Of a DNA stretch of 64,000 nucleotides, positions 53,401 through 63,971 are shown one piece after another; the first letter of the stretch is position 1, and each line of letters opens with the position of its first letter. Position numbers and translations under genes: made by a program. Source of the DNA: a bacterium (GTDB taxonomy: Bacteria; SAR324; NAC60-12); assembly GCA_965205865.1 (NCBI GenBank), contig CBDBHR010000025.1, forward strand, positions 96,001 to 160,000, in the 5' to 3' direction. The notes under the pieces are model-generated. The model did not search any database and was not told the origin of the DNA. It was given only the letters and a program-made list of their open reading frames with translations.

Positions 53401-53617
53401 GTTTGGTTAAATAATTCATTATAAAGCAAAATGAATTTTGTTCTTGAAAATGCGGTGGGGGGAGGGTAAGATGCGTGAATTGATGCAGTGCTCCAATCCT
53501 GGAGCGACTGACTCAGTTTTTTGTTCATTGCCCAATCCTGGAGCCAATGGATCGGTATTTTTATATTGTAATAATCGTGAATATTGCTTATTTTAAATCC
53601 TTATATCAAAGGTTCAA

Positions 53618-55240
53618 ATGAAAATAAACACCAAAACGAAGTCGTTAGCCAAGGTCCAAACCCACCTCGTTGCCGAGTGCTTCAATAAGCTCTTCATCGG
53701 CGGACAGTTCGTTGACCCCATCGACGGCGAGAAGTTTCCAACGTACTACCCTGCAACAGGCGATTTTTTGCACGAGTTCCCGAGGGGCAAAGCCAACGAT
53801 GTCGAGGCCGCCATTGCGGCGGCTGAGGTTGCCTGGGCAGAGGGTAAGTGGGCGGGCATGGCCGCTGCCAAGCGTGCGGAGATTGTTGCCAAGATGGCGC
53901 AAGGTATTGAGGACAACGTCGAGATGCTCGCCGAGATTGAGGCCGCGGATGTCGGCAAGCCCTTCCGCCAAGCGGCTATGGCGCTCGGTGGTGCCGCTGG
54001 CGAGGGCAAGTACTGGTGCTCGCTCGGTGCGGCGCTGGATGCGGAGCAGGACACGCCTGTCAATTCCGGTGGCGGTGAGGGTGGAGTGCCGCCCGCAGAG
54101 TGGGATGTGGTCTACAGACGAGATCCCATCGGCGTCATCGGCCTGATTTCCGCCTGGAATTATCCTATGAATGTGGCATTTCGCAAAGTTGCGCCAGCCT
54201 TGGTCGCCGGCAACTGTGCCATCCTGAAGCCCTCCGAAATTGCGGGTCTCTCCTGCATGTTCATCGGCAAACTAGCGCAAGACGCCGGCATCCCTGCCGG
54301 TGTCTTCAGTGTCGTCACCGGCGATCGTGACGCGGGCGCTGCTCTGGCATCCGCTCCCACTGTCTCCATGATCTCTTTCACAGGCTCGTCATTGACGGGT
54401 AGCAAGATTATGGAGGCCTGCGCCTCGAAGCTGTCTCAGTGCGCCCTTGAGTTAGGGGGCAAATCGGCGTTGGTGGTGTTTGACGACACGGATCTCGATC
54501 AAGCTGTCGAGACTACAATGAAGGGATTCCTCACTAACGGCGGGCAGATCTGCACCGCACACACGCGTCTCGTGGTCCAGGATGGCCTCAAGGCTCCTCT
54601 ATTGGACAAACTGAAGGAGGAACTCGAGAAGCTTCCATTCTGCAATGACCCGATCACGGAAAAAGATCGTGGTGACAGGGCCTGGGAGGCGGGAATGACC
54701 GACGTGGTCCAGCCTGTGGTCTGCGATTCGCAACACAAGAAGATTCTGGGATTCCTTGATGCAGCCAAGGCTGAGGGTGTCGAGGTTCTAACTGGTGGCA
54801 GCGTTCCGGATGCCGAAGCTGTTGGAAATGCGGGAGGATATTTCATACAGCCCACGGTGCTGCTCAACGTGGCACGCGATGCGGACGTGTGGCAAAAGGA
54901 GGTCTTTGGTCCCGTTCTCTCAGTCCGCTCGTTCTCGACTGAGCAAGAGGCCGTGCTCGAGGCGAACTCTACAGCTTTTGGGCTGGCATCGACGGTCATG
55001 TCCTCGGACCCGGCCAAGGCAATGCGGGTCGCCAACCACATCCGCGCGGGCGCCGTCTACGCCACCTCAACGGGTGAAGGCATATTGGCAGAGCACCCGG
55101 CAGTGTCGCGTGGCGGTTTTGGTTGCTCTGGTGTTGGTCGGGAGCTTGGAATTGGTGGCTTACACGAATACACGGAGCTGAAAAGCGTCAACTACACGGG
55201 ATTTTCGCTTGCCGATGCCAAGAAGCAGCGCACCGGGTAG
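53618..55240 (+). CDS. Aldehyde dehydrogenase (betaine/aminoaldehyde dehydrogenase-like)
   Basis: WNYP, LKPSE, FTGS, LELGGKS, GQIC, EVFGP, GRELG. Confidence 0.93.
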   Translation: MKINTKTKSLAKVQTHLVAECFNKLFIGGQFVDPIDGEKFPTYYPATGDFLHEFPRGKANDVEAAIAAAEVAWAEGKWAGMAAAKRAEIVAKMAQGIEDNVEMLAEIEAADVGKPFRQAAMALGGAAGEGKYWCSLGAALDAEQDTPVNSGGGEGGVPPAEWDVVYRRDPIGVIGLISAWNYPMNVAFRKVAPALVAGNCAILKPSEIAGLSCMFIGKLAQDAGIPAGVFSVVTGDRDAGAALASAPTVSMISFTGSSLTGSKIMEACASKLSQCALELGGKSALVVFDDTDLDQAVETTMKGFLTNGGQICTAHTRLVVQDGLKAPLLDKLKEELEKLPFCNDPITEKDRGDRAWEAGMTDVVQPVVCDSQHKKILGFLDAAKAEGVEVLTGGSVPDAEAVGNAGGYFIQPTVLLNVARDADVWQKEVFGPVLSVRSFSTEQEAVLEANSTAFGLASTVMSSDPAKAMRVANHIRAGAVYATSTGEGILAEHPAVSRGGFGCSGVGRELGIGGLHEYTELKSVNYTGFSLADAKKQRTG

Positions 55241-55357
55241 ACGACAGGAAGGAGAACGGTTAGGAGCAGGAGATGGTTCTGTGGCGGATTACTTACGCGA
55301 GGCTGACAAATTCATAAACGACCCCCTGTTTTTTGGGATTTCTAATGAACCACAACT

Positions 55358-56365
55358 ATGAAGATAACTCCTATAAAAAATAAAAATTTTGGAGCAGTTG
55401 TTACTAATGTAAAACTCAAGAACATTGGTGAAGCCGAATTCTCAGAGATAAAAGAGGCCTTCCTCAAGTTTGGTTTCCTGCTGTTTCCTCGCCAGTTTTT
55501 AACTGAGGAAGAGAACATTCATTTTGGGGAACGGTTCGGTACGATAGAGTTTGGTGCCCGTCCAATTGCCAATCAGAAGAAATACGAGGACGGCACATAC
55601 GGTGAAATTTTAGGGCAAAATATGCAACGCATGCGCACTAATGTTGGCAACGAGTTTTGGCATACGGATTCAAGCTACAGACCTATAAGCAGCAAATGCG
55701 CTATACTTTCTGCGGTCAGAGTGACGGAGAAAGGCGGTGAAACCGAATTGGCTGATATGCGCTCGGGCTATGCTGATCTGAAAGAGTCCATTAAGCACCG
55801 CATCAGTGATCTCAGCGCATACCATTCAAATCAGTATTCTCAGGCAAACGACTTGGGAGATTTTCCACCTGCGGTTATCAACAGTTTTAACTATCACGGT
55901 GAGGCATATCTGCGACCTTTGGTCAAAATCCATCCGGAGACAGGGATAAAAAACTTGTTTATCGGGCGCCATGCGTTTGGCATTCATGGCCTTGGCAGGA
56001 AAGAAAGCCGGGAGTTGTTGAATTTCCTTCTCGTCTTTGTCGTATCAGATAAAACCCGTGTTTTTAAACACAAATGGGAGGTTGGTGACACGTTAATATG
56101 GGACAATAGAGCACTCCTTCACCGCGCAAAAGCCTACGACTACAGTAATCCCCGAGTCCTTACCGGTACTCGGGTAGCCGGTGAGGCAGAGTCAGAGCTT
56201 GCATACTATCCATCAGACCCAAAAGCTCAATCAGGGCGTGACGCATTAGAATCTGAATTGGCTTTATTGCGAGAAGAAGCAGGAGGAAAGAAATTTGGGG
56301 GGTCAACCGCACCAACGTCTTCAATGTCTTTAGATAATCTTAGTGATGGAACTGTCATCCACTAA
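55358..56365 (+). CDS. TauD/TfdA family Fe(II)/2OG dioxygenase
   Basis: WHTDSSY, GGET..AD, PLV..HPETG, WDNR.LLHR. Confidence 0.93.
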   Translation: MKITPIKNKNFGAVVTNVKLKNIGEAEFSEIKEAFLKFGFLLFPRQFLTEEENIHFGERFGTIEFGARPIANQKKYEDGTYGEILGQNMQRMRTNVGNEFWHTDSSYRPISSKCAILSAVRVTEKGGETELADMRSGYADLKESIKHRISDLSAYHSNQYSQANDLGDFPPAVINSFNYHGEAYLRPLVKIHPETGIKNLFIGRHAFGIHGLGRKESRELLNFLLVFVVSDKTRVFKHKWEVGDTLIWDNRALLHRAKAYDYSNPRVLTGTRVAGEAESELAYYPSDPKAQSGRDALESELALLREEAGGKKFGGSTAPTSSMSLDNLSDGTVIH

Positions 56366-56401
56366 GGCTAATTCCGAGTATATATCTTTGGATCAGGAAT
56401 G

Positions 56402-57286
56402 CGCTCATACTGAGCAGAGCGGATAACCACTGGTTTTTTTTCATAAAAACAGTTCATAATCAGGACTCACCCTTTAATTATCCCTTCTGAATTTGAAGAT
56501 TCAAAACTTAGTTTGACGAAGTGGTTTTATGCGATCAGTTTGTTGAAGAACAAGGTCAGCAGCAATGAAATGGCCAAAGAGTTACAGGTCGATGGCAATA
56601 CGGCTCGTCGCATGAGCATGCTGCTGAGAGGCGAAATTCTCTTCTCCAATCAATCCGACAGCGAGCCTTTGAAGGAGGAGGTCGAAGCTGATGAAGTCCA
56701 TATTACCGCTGGATCGAAAGACAATAATGGCACGCGTCCGGAGGATCGGGCTCCCCGTCGTCGCGGATTAAAAAAAGGACGCGGCACTTATGAGACGGAC
56801 AAAACGCCCGTGTCAGGTCTCGTCGAGCGTGAGGGCGGTCCGGATTTATCCGTGGTCAAAAATGAGCAAATCCAAACGATTCAAGCGATTATGGAGGGAA
56901 TGATTGCGCCCAACACGACGATTTATAGCGATGGCTATGACATTTATAATTTTGTCGATCGCTCCCCGAATTACAGAGCGCAAGTCTGTCATAGTGCCGT
57001 AGAACATGCGCTGGATTTAAATCACGACGGCATTTATGAAACGCATGTCAATACGCAAGAAGGGGCCTGCTCCTTATTACGCCCCTGGATTCGGCCCTTT
57101 CGAGGGGTCAACAAACAATATCTCCCGCTCTATGTGGCTCCATGTCGGTTTTTCTACAAACGACGGCAACAATCGCCAACTCAGAGTATCCGAAATATGA
57201 TCGCTATAGCCGTTTCTTGCATTGGTCACACCGTTAAGGAACTATGGAAAGGGAACAGGCTACTTTCACTCTGTTCAGTATGAGCG
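56402..57286 (+). mobile_element. IS1595-family element, transposase 5'-deleted (ORF 56513-57283)
   Basis: IR CGCTCATACTGA(G/A)CAGAG; VEADE, IYSDGY, HVNTQEG. Confidence 0.85.
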
Positions 57287-57569
57287 TTCTTTTTGTCCTG
57301 AATTGTTGTATCTTTTTCCATAAAGCTCTCTACTTGTCGGGTTGTGTCAGATTTTGTGGTTTTTTTTGTGTCAGCCACTGAAATATAATACATTTTTCCC
57401 ACGCTTGAGAGCTTTTTGTATTATGAATCGCTCAACTTGGGTAAATGTTGTTTTGCAGGGGTCTGAGTAAGCAAATCGAAAATGTTGACAATTCTTCAAA
57501 TAATCATCTATATTTGCTTATTAATAAAAACCAACAGAGGAATAAAATAAAAACCAACAGAGGAATAAA

Positions 57570-59297
57570 ATGAGTAGCAAACTATTATTAGATGAAGAGG
57601 TTTCGGTTGCGGAAGCAATTATGCGCGCCATCGAAACAATGGGTGTTGATCTGGCAATTGGCATCCCGGGTGGGAACACTGGAATTTTGTTTGACGCGTT
57701 GAGGGATCATCAATCCACAATCCGCACCGTACTTGTACGACAGGAATCGCTGGCAAGTATTATGGCGGAAGTGTATGGGCGACTGACGGGAAAGCCAGCG
57801 GTGGCCATGGGGCAGGGGATGTTCATGCTTTCCAATGCCATGCTCGGGACCTTGGAGGCCTATTGTGGTAGTTCTCCCATGTTGATTTTTTCCGATCTTT
57901 CCGATGGGACACCGTTCTCCCACCATGCCCCTTATCAATCCGGAACCGGAGATTACCGCACATGGGATGCAAAATCGGTTTTCAAGGGTGTCACGAAAGC
58001 GACTTTTCTTCCACATGGGCCTGCTGAAACCGTACAAAGTACGCAACTGGCCGTCAAGCATGCCCTAACGGGGGAGCGTGGACCGGTAGCATTGCTTTAT
58101 CATAGTGCAGCGCTGAGGAGTCGGGTAGGTCCGGATTCCGTGCCTAAACTGTATGCGAGCCAATCTTATCTTCCACCTCCAGCGGCACCTGCAGATCCGG
58201 AGTGTATCAAGAATGCCGCGCAGGCACTTTTGTCTGCCGAAGCTCCAGTGATTCTTGCCGGAAATGGAATACGCATCAGCGGCGCTTACAGCCCCTTGCA
58301 GGAATTGGCAGAATTGATCGCCGCTCCTGTGGCCACCACGGCCTCCGGCAAAGGAGTTTTCCCCGAAAACCACCACTTGGCACTTGGTGTTTTCGGTAAT
58401 TTCGGCCAACGTGTGGCAAATCGGACGATGGCGGTGGCTGACACAATTTTTGTCATCGGCTCGAAACTATCACCAAGTGATACGGTCGGTCAAAACCCTC
58501 AATTTCTCGATGCGACGCTTCAGCATTTCATTCAGTTGGATATTGAAGCGAAAAATGCCAGTTGGACCTTCCCATGTGATCATGTCGTGATCGGAGACGC
58601 CAGCCTTGCGTTACAACAGCTTTGCCAATGCATCCGGGAGCTTGGACCTCCCTCTGAGGAAGTTCTGCAGGCAAGGAAGGCCCAGCATACCAACAACCGA
58701 AAAGAATATGGTTTCTTCGACAGCCAAGAAGCGGTTTCTGAAGAAATTCCCTTGCTACCACAACGCATAATCAACGAGATCCGCAATGGACTTGACGATG
58801 ACGCAATCGTGACCTGCGATGCGGGTGAGAATCGGCTGTTTATGACCCATTGGTTTCAAACGCGACAAGCCGGAACATTGATATCTCCGGCAGCCACCGG
58901 AGGTATGGGATATGCTATTCCTGCAGCGATGGGGGCCAAACTGGCAAAACCATCTCGCCGGACCGTCGCCGTGTGCGGGGATGGAGGTTTTCCAATGTCG
59001 ATGAATGGACTGATCACTTGCTGTGAGGAAAATATTCCTATTACTGTGATTATTTTTAACAATAGTGCCCTGGGATGGGTTCGTAGTGGTCAGGGGGAAC
59101 GACGGATTGCTTCTGAATTTTCAGATATCAATTACGCAGACATTGCGGAAAGTTTGGGTTGTCGGGGGTTCCACATTGAACAGCCCGGTACCTTACAAAC
59201 GGCATTGAAAGAAACAGCGGAGAGTGAGGTCCCGGTCGTTCTGGATGTTATCACTTCGAAGAAGTTTACATTCATGGATGTATCCTCGCAATTTTAA
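57570..59297 (+). CDS. Thiamine diphosphate-binding enzyme (acetolactate synthase large subunit-like)
   Basis: GIPGG, LVRQE, GGMGYAIPAAMG, GDGGF...NN; 23-bp tandem duplication of the RBS region upstream. Confidence 0.92.
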   Translation: MSSKLLLDEEVSVAEAIMRAIETMGVDLAIGIPGGNTGILFDALRDHQSTIRTVLVRQESLASIMAEVYGRLTGKPAVAMGQGMFMLSNAMLGTLEAYCGSSPMLIFSDLSDGTPFSHHAPYQSGTGDYRTWDAKSVFKGVTKATFLPHGPAETVQSTQLAVKHALTGERGPVALLYHSAALRSRVGPDSVPKLYASQSYLPPPAAPADPECIKNAAQALLSAEAPVILAGNGIRISGAYSPLQELAELIAAPVATTASGKGVFPENHHLALGVFGNFGQRVANRTMAVADTIFVIGSKLSPSDTVGQNPQFLDATLQHFIQLDIEAKNASWTFPCDHVVIGDASLALQQLCQCIRELGPPSEEVLQARKAQHTNNRKEYGFFDSQEAVSEEIPLLPQRIINEIRNGLDDDAIVTCDAGENRLFMTHWFQTRQAGTLISPAATGGMGYAIPAAMGAKLAKPSRRTVAVCGDGGFPMSMNGLITCCEENIPITVIIFNNSALGWVRSGQGERRIASEFSDINYADIAESLGCRGFHIEQPGTLQTALKETAESEVPVVLDVITSKKFTFMDVSSQF

Positions 59298-59428
59298 TCA
59301 CTTGTCTATAAAAATTCCTCATGCTGGCGTGTGGTTACAATGAAGAACGGTTCGGAGGGCTTTATACCAAAAATCGAGTCTGACGGAACAATTCCATGAC
59401 CTTCAATTTTTAATATCAAAGATAAAAA

Positions 59429-60409
59429 ATGAAAGCAGTATTGTTAAAAGAACCAGGAGGTCCCGAAGAACTTTATTTGGGCGAAGCACCTTTGCCGGAA
59501 TGCCATGACGATGAAATCAGGGTCAAAGTCAGGGCTACCGCGATCAATCGCGCCGATACGGTACAACGTCGGGGAATGTACCCTCCTCCCCCTGGTGCCA
59601 GCCCTATTTTGGGACTAGAAATGGCAGGTGAAGTTGAAGCCGTCGGCGCAAAAGTCAAAAAATGGAAAGTGGGCGACCGTGTTTTTGCTCTGTTACCCGG
59701 CGGTGGCTATGCGGAATATGCGGTTGTCCCTGAAGAAATGGTGATGCCGATTCCTGACAATTTGAGCTTTGAAGAAGGCGCCGGAATCGCGGAAGTGTAT
59801 CTCACCTCATACCAAGCCCTTGTCTGGTTAGGAGAACTGCATCCCAAAGAAAACGTCTTGATCCATGCAGGGGCCAGTGGAGTGGGTACGGCAGCGATCC
59901 AAATGGCTAAATTGGAGCAATGCTCCGTCATAGCCACCGCAGGTTCCGAGGCAAAAATACAAGTTTGTCGTGATCTTGGGGCAGACTTTGCCTTTAATTA
60001 TCGAGAATCTGAATTTGTAGAAAAGGTGCTGGATGCCACCAAGGGTCATGGCGCTGATGTGATCATCGATTTTGTAGGAGAACCTCATTTCCGTCAAAAC
60101 ATGAATTGCATCGCGCAAGATGGCCGTCTTGTTTTTTTGGCGTTGCTCGGCGGTACTACAATAAATTCGTTCAAACTCGATTTATTGATGCAAAAGCGTG
60201 TCAAATTGATGGGGTCCACCTTACGTAATCGCTCTGACGCATACAAGATTTCCCTGTCCCAGTCATTCGCTCAATCCTACCTGCGCAAATTTGAAACCGC
60301 TGAACTGAAAGTGGTAATCGATCGAGTTATGCCTTGGGAAGAGGTGGCAGCGGCCCATACCACTATCGAATCGAATCTGAATATAGGGAAAATCATCCTG
60401 ACGTTATAA
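59429..60409 (+). CDS. NAD(P)H:quinone oxidoreductase, PIG3/zeta-crystallin family
   Basis: NRAD..QR.G.YPPPPGAS.ILGLE, HAGASGVG, GSTLR.R. Confidence 0.94.
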   Translation: MKAVLLKEPGGPEELYLGEAPLPECHDDEIRVKVRATAINRADTVQRRGMYPPPPGASPILGLEMAGEVEAVGAKVKKWKVGDRVFALLPGGGYAEYAVVPEEMVMPIPDNLSFEEGAGIAEVYLTSYQALVWLGELHPKENVLIHAGASGVGTAAIQMAKLEQCSVIATAGSEAKIQVCRDLGADFAFNYRESEFVEKVLDATKGHGADVIIDFVGEPHFRQNMNCIAQDGRLVFLALLGGTTINSFKLDLLMQKRVKLMGSTLRNRSDAYKISLSQSFAQSYLRKFETAELKVVIDRVMPWEEVAAAHTTIESNLNIGKIILTL

Positions 60410-60422
60410 AAAAAGAGGAATT

Positions 60423-61118
60423 ATGGAGGAAAAAAAGCTCAAAGCCGTCATTGAAGCGCATCGGCAATGGTTAGAAACGGAAAAAATGGAAGGATGTCAG
60501 GCTGACTTCAGTGGCGTCGATTTGAAAAAGGCGGATTTGCATCTGATGAATCTCCAGGAAGCCAATCTGCAAAAAGCCGATCTCAAAGGAGCGAACCTGA
60601 CCCAAACCGATCTCAACCATGCCAACTTACGCGAAGCCGATCTGAGCCATACTAATTTGGAAAGCGCCAACCTGCGTAAAGCCAATCTCGCTCATGCTGA
60701 TTTGAGGGGCGCCGTTCTCAAAAACACAAATCTGCGATTTGCAAATCTCAACGGTACCAACCTCAGTGGGGTGCATTTTGTCGGTGTTGATCTGAATAAC
60801 GCGAACCTTGAAGAAGCCAATCTCAATGGCGCCAATCTCAACAAAGTCAACTTGAGCAATGCGGATCTCAAAGGGGCGAAACTGCAGCAAGCCGATCTCA
60901 GTCAGGCCTATCTCAGCGACGCCTATTTGGGACAGGCGGAATTGCAGGGAGCGAATCTCAGTGGGACTTTTCTCAGAAGAGCAGACCTCAGTGGCGCCAA
61001 ACTTCAAGGGGCGGATCTCAAAGGCGCCGATTTGGAAGAAGTGGACCTGCACCAGGTGGAATTGGTGGATGTTGATCTCAGCAACGCTGTCAGCCTCGAA
61101 ACCACAAAGCAGGATTGA
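60423..61118 (+). CDS. Pentapeptide repeat protein
   Basis: Tandem A(D/N)L.. pentapeptides after an H..WL N-terminus. Confidence 0.94.
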   Translation: MEEKKLKAVIEAHRQWLETEKMEGCQADFSGVDLKKADLHLMNLQEANLQKADLKGANLTQTDLNHANLREADLSHTNLESANLRKANLAHADLRGAVLKNTNLRFANLNGTNLSGVHFVGVDLNNANLEEANLNGANLNKVNLSNADLKGAKLQQADLSQAYLSDAYLGQAELQGANLSGTFLRRADLSGAKLQGADLKGADLEEVDLHQVELVDVDLSNAVSLETTKQD

Positions 61119-61174
61119 TGCTGCCTCGAGTTAACCATCAAAAAACGCGGATTCATTCCATGTACTTCACTCTT

Positions 61175-62731
61175 TCAGTTCACCTGCTTTTCTTTCCCCA
61201 TCCAATAAGGTTCCCTCAGTTTGCTTTTAAGGATTTTGCCTGCCCCACTGAGGGGTAAGGGTTCACTTTGGAAACTAATGCTGCGTGGACATTTGTAACC
61301 CGCCAATCGTTCTTTGCAGAAAGTAATGAGTTCCTCTTCTGTTGTAGAAGCACTTTTCTTGAGATCGACGATGGCATGTACTTTTTCTCCCCATTTATCA
61401 TCCGGGATTCCGATGACAGCGCAGGATTCGACGGCAGGGTGTTCGTAGATCTTATTTTCTACCTCCGTAGAATAAATGTTTTCTCCACCGGAAATAATCA
61501 TGTCCTTCATACGGTCCGTGATATAGATAAAACCGTCTTCGTCCATATAGCCCGCATCTTGGGTGCGCATCCAACCATCTCTCACTGCTTTGGCAGTGTC
61601 TTGGGGCCGATTCCAATATCCGAGCATGACATTGTCTCCACGCACCACCACTTCTCCCACTGTATTTCGAGGAACTTCTTGATCCTTTTCGTCCACAATG
61701 CGCATTTCGACAGCCGGAACAGCCTTGCCTACAGATTTCATCTTTTGAGAAGGATTTTCCAACTGATGGTATTTTTCTTCAAGTATAGTGGCCAAAGGAG
61801 AAAGCTCGGTCATACCGTAACTCTGGGCAAACTGGCAGTCCGGGATGATTTCCATGGACTTTTTCATGATCTCCATAGGCATGGAGGAAGCGCCATACCA
61901 GATTCTTTTCAGAGTAGACAAATCGTAGTCTGCAACCCGTGAAAAATTCACCAGCATATTGATCATGGTTGGCACCAAGGTGACATTGGTTATTTTTTCT
62001 GCCGCAATTACTCGCAAGGTAGTTTCCGGGTTGTATTTGGGAATAAAGACGTGGGTTCCCTGGACCATCGTGAGTCCACAGACGGAAGTGGCATCCGCCA
62101 TATGAAACATGGGGGCAGCGTGTAAATAGAGGGAGTCTGCATTATAGCCACTCACGATCAAAGCGTTCAATGCATTGAATATCAAGTTGTCATGGCTGAG
62201 CATGACGCCTTTGGGCAGTCCGGTGGTTCCCCCCGTGTAGAAGATGCCTGCCAATTCCGCACCTCCGGCAATAGCATCGGGAATCGGATCTGCCGCCTCC
62301 AGGATGGTTTCATAATCGAGGGTGTCTGCCTGAGGGGCATGATCGCTGATGCGCACGATATGCCGTACTGTCTCCAATTTATCTACTAGTGCAGGCAACG
62401 TGGATGCAAATTCGTCGTCCACCAGAAGAATTTCCGTGCCGGAATCGTTTAACAGGAATATCAACTCGGGGGGAGCCAGACGGATGTTCAAGGGGACAAA
62501 GACACCTCCGGCCCAAGGCACGGCATAGTAATACTCGAAATAGCGGTCGCTGTTCAAAGCCAGGATAGCCGCGCGGCCTCCTGCTGGCAATCCCAGCGTT
62601 TTGAGGGCCCCTGCCAGTTTGGCGACACGGCCCCCTAATTCCTTCCATGTCTGTCTGCGTTTGCCGTCAATGGTCGCAATCGCATTGCTTTTCAATTGGA
62701 TTGCGTTCTTGAGCCCTTGCGTGAAATACAC
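61175..62731 (-). CDS. Long-chain fatty-acid--CoA ligase
   Basis: YTGGTTGLPKG, YGMTE, DR.KDMIISGGENIY, GKILK. Confidence 0.95.
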   Translation of the reverse strand: MYFTQGLKNAIQLKSNAIATIDGKRRQTWKELGGRVAKLAGALKTLGLPAGGRAAILALNSDRYFEYYYAVPWAGGVFVPLNIRLAPPELIFLLNDSGTEILLVDDEFASTLPALVDKLETVRHIVRISDHAPQADTLDYETILEAADPIPDAIAGGAELAGIFYTGGTTGLPKGVMLSHDNLIFNALNALIVSGYNADSLYLHAAPMFHMADATSVCGLTMVQGTHVFIPKYNPETTLRVIAAEKITNVTLVPTMINMLVNFSRVADYDLSTLKRIWYGASSMPMEIMKKSMEIIPDCQFAQSYGMTELSPLATILEEKYHQLENPSQKMKSVGKAVPAVEMRIVDEKDQEVPRNTVGEVVVRGDNVMLGYWNRPQDTAKAVRDGWMRTQDAGYMDEDGFIYITDRMKDMIISGGENIYSTEVENKIYEHPAVESCAVIGIPDDKWGEKVHAIVDLKKSASTTEEELITFCKERLAGYKCPRSISFQSEPLPLSGAGKILKSKLREPYWMGKEKQVN

Positions 62732-62774
62732 AATTTCCCCAATTTGCGTGTAATCAAGAAACTATTTTCAAGAA

Positions 62775-63971
62775 CTAGGCGGCGCCGATAATGCAGACTG
62801 CCGCTACATTTTGATGGGGTGCTCCTCCCAAATTGTGGGTCAATCCTATTGAGGGATCAGGTAACTGGCGTTTGTCGGCAAGACCATTGAGTTGCAGATA
62901 CATTTCATAGAGCATGCGCAGACCGGATGCGCCAATCGGATGTCCAAAGCATTTCAAGCCACCATCAATTTGGCAGGGAAGCTTTCCATCGGCATCATAG
63001 AATCCTTCCATCACATCTTTGATAGCTCCGCCTTCGGAGGAGATATAAAGGTCTTCCATGGTCACCATTTCAGTAATGGAAAAGCAATCATGTACTTCGA
63101 ACATGCTGATTTCTTCACGTGGATTTTCAATACCGGCTTCCTTGTAGGCTTTTTTTGCCGCAATTCTCGTAGTATGGAAATAGCTGCCATCCCAGGAATT
63201 GTGCCCGGTTTCGCTTCCACTGGACAAGGCAAGCTGCAACGCCTTCACGGTGATAATATTTTCCTTTCCCATACTGCGGGCGATTGCGGGAGTGGTGACA
63301 ATGGCCGCTGCCGCACCATCACTGACCCCACAACAATCAAAGAGTCCCAAAGGCTCGGCAATCATGGGAGCATTGATGACTTGTTCTTCGGTGATCTCTT
63401 TCTGCAGGTGCGCCTTCGAATTTTTGGCGCCATTAGCATGACTCTTCACCGAGACATGGGCAATAGCCCGTTTGAGATCTTCTTTCTTTACACCGTGTTT
63501 CGCTCGGTACGCACTGGCTAATTGAGCAAAATTTCCAGGGGCGGATCCAGTGGCTTGCCATTGGGGCGAGAGGGTGCCGACACCACTGGCAGGCAGGCCA
63601 CCATAACCGGTGTCCTTGAGTTTCTCGACACCCAGGGCCAAGGCAATATCAGCTGCGCCGGAGGCTACGGCATAAACCGCGCCTCGGAAGGCTTCGGAGC
63701 CGCTGGCGCAAAAATTTTCCACTCGGGTTACGGCAATATTGGGCAGTCGCAGGGCCATGGAAAGAGGCAGACCGGATTTACCAACATGCGCGTCTTCAAT
63801 GGCGGTGGAAAACCAGGCGGCATCCAGTTGAGTGGATTCAATACCTGCATCCGACATAGCTTCCAAATAAGCCTCCACCATCAATTCATCCGCGCCTTTG
63901 TCCCAGCGCTCTCCAAATTTTGAACATCCCATCCCTAAAATGGCCACTTTGTCTTTTATTCCGCTTGCCAT
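62775..63971 (-). CDS. Acetyl-CoA acetyltransferase (SCP2-type thiolase)
   Basis: VENFCASG, EVHDCF, GHPIGASG, HNLGG. Confidence 0.94.
   Translation of the reverse strand: MASGIKDKVAILGMGCSKFGERWDKGADELMVEAYLEAMSDAGIESTQLDAAWFSTAIEDAHVGKSGLPLSMALRLPNIAVTRVENFCASGSEAFRGAVYAVASGAADIALALGVEKLKDTGYGGLPASGVGTLSPQWQATGSAPGNFAQLASAYRAKHGVKKEDLKRAIAHVSVKSHANGAKNSKAHLQKEITEEQVINAPMIAEPLGLFDCCGVSDGAAAAIVTTPAIARSMGKENIITVKALQLALSSGSETGHNSWDGSYFHTTRIAAKKAYKEAGIENPREEISMFEVHDCFSITEMVTMEDLYISSEGGAIKDVMEGFYDADGKLPCQIDGGLKCFGHPIGASGLRMLYEMYLQLNGLADKRQLPDPSIGLTHNLGGAPHQNVAAVCIIGAA

Noticed and set aside
60423-61118. Pentapeptide protein as Qnr or a defence gene
   Set aside because: Generic A(D/N)L repeats in housekeeping context with no Qnr-specific features seen
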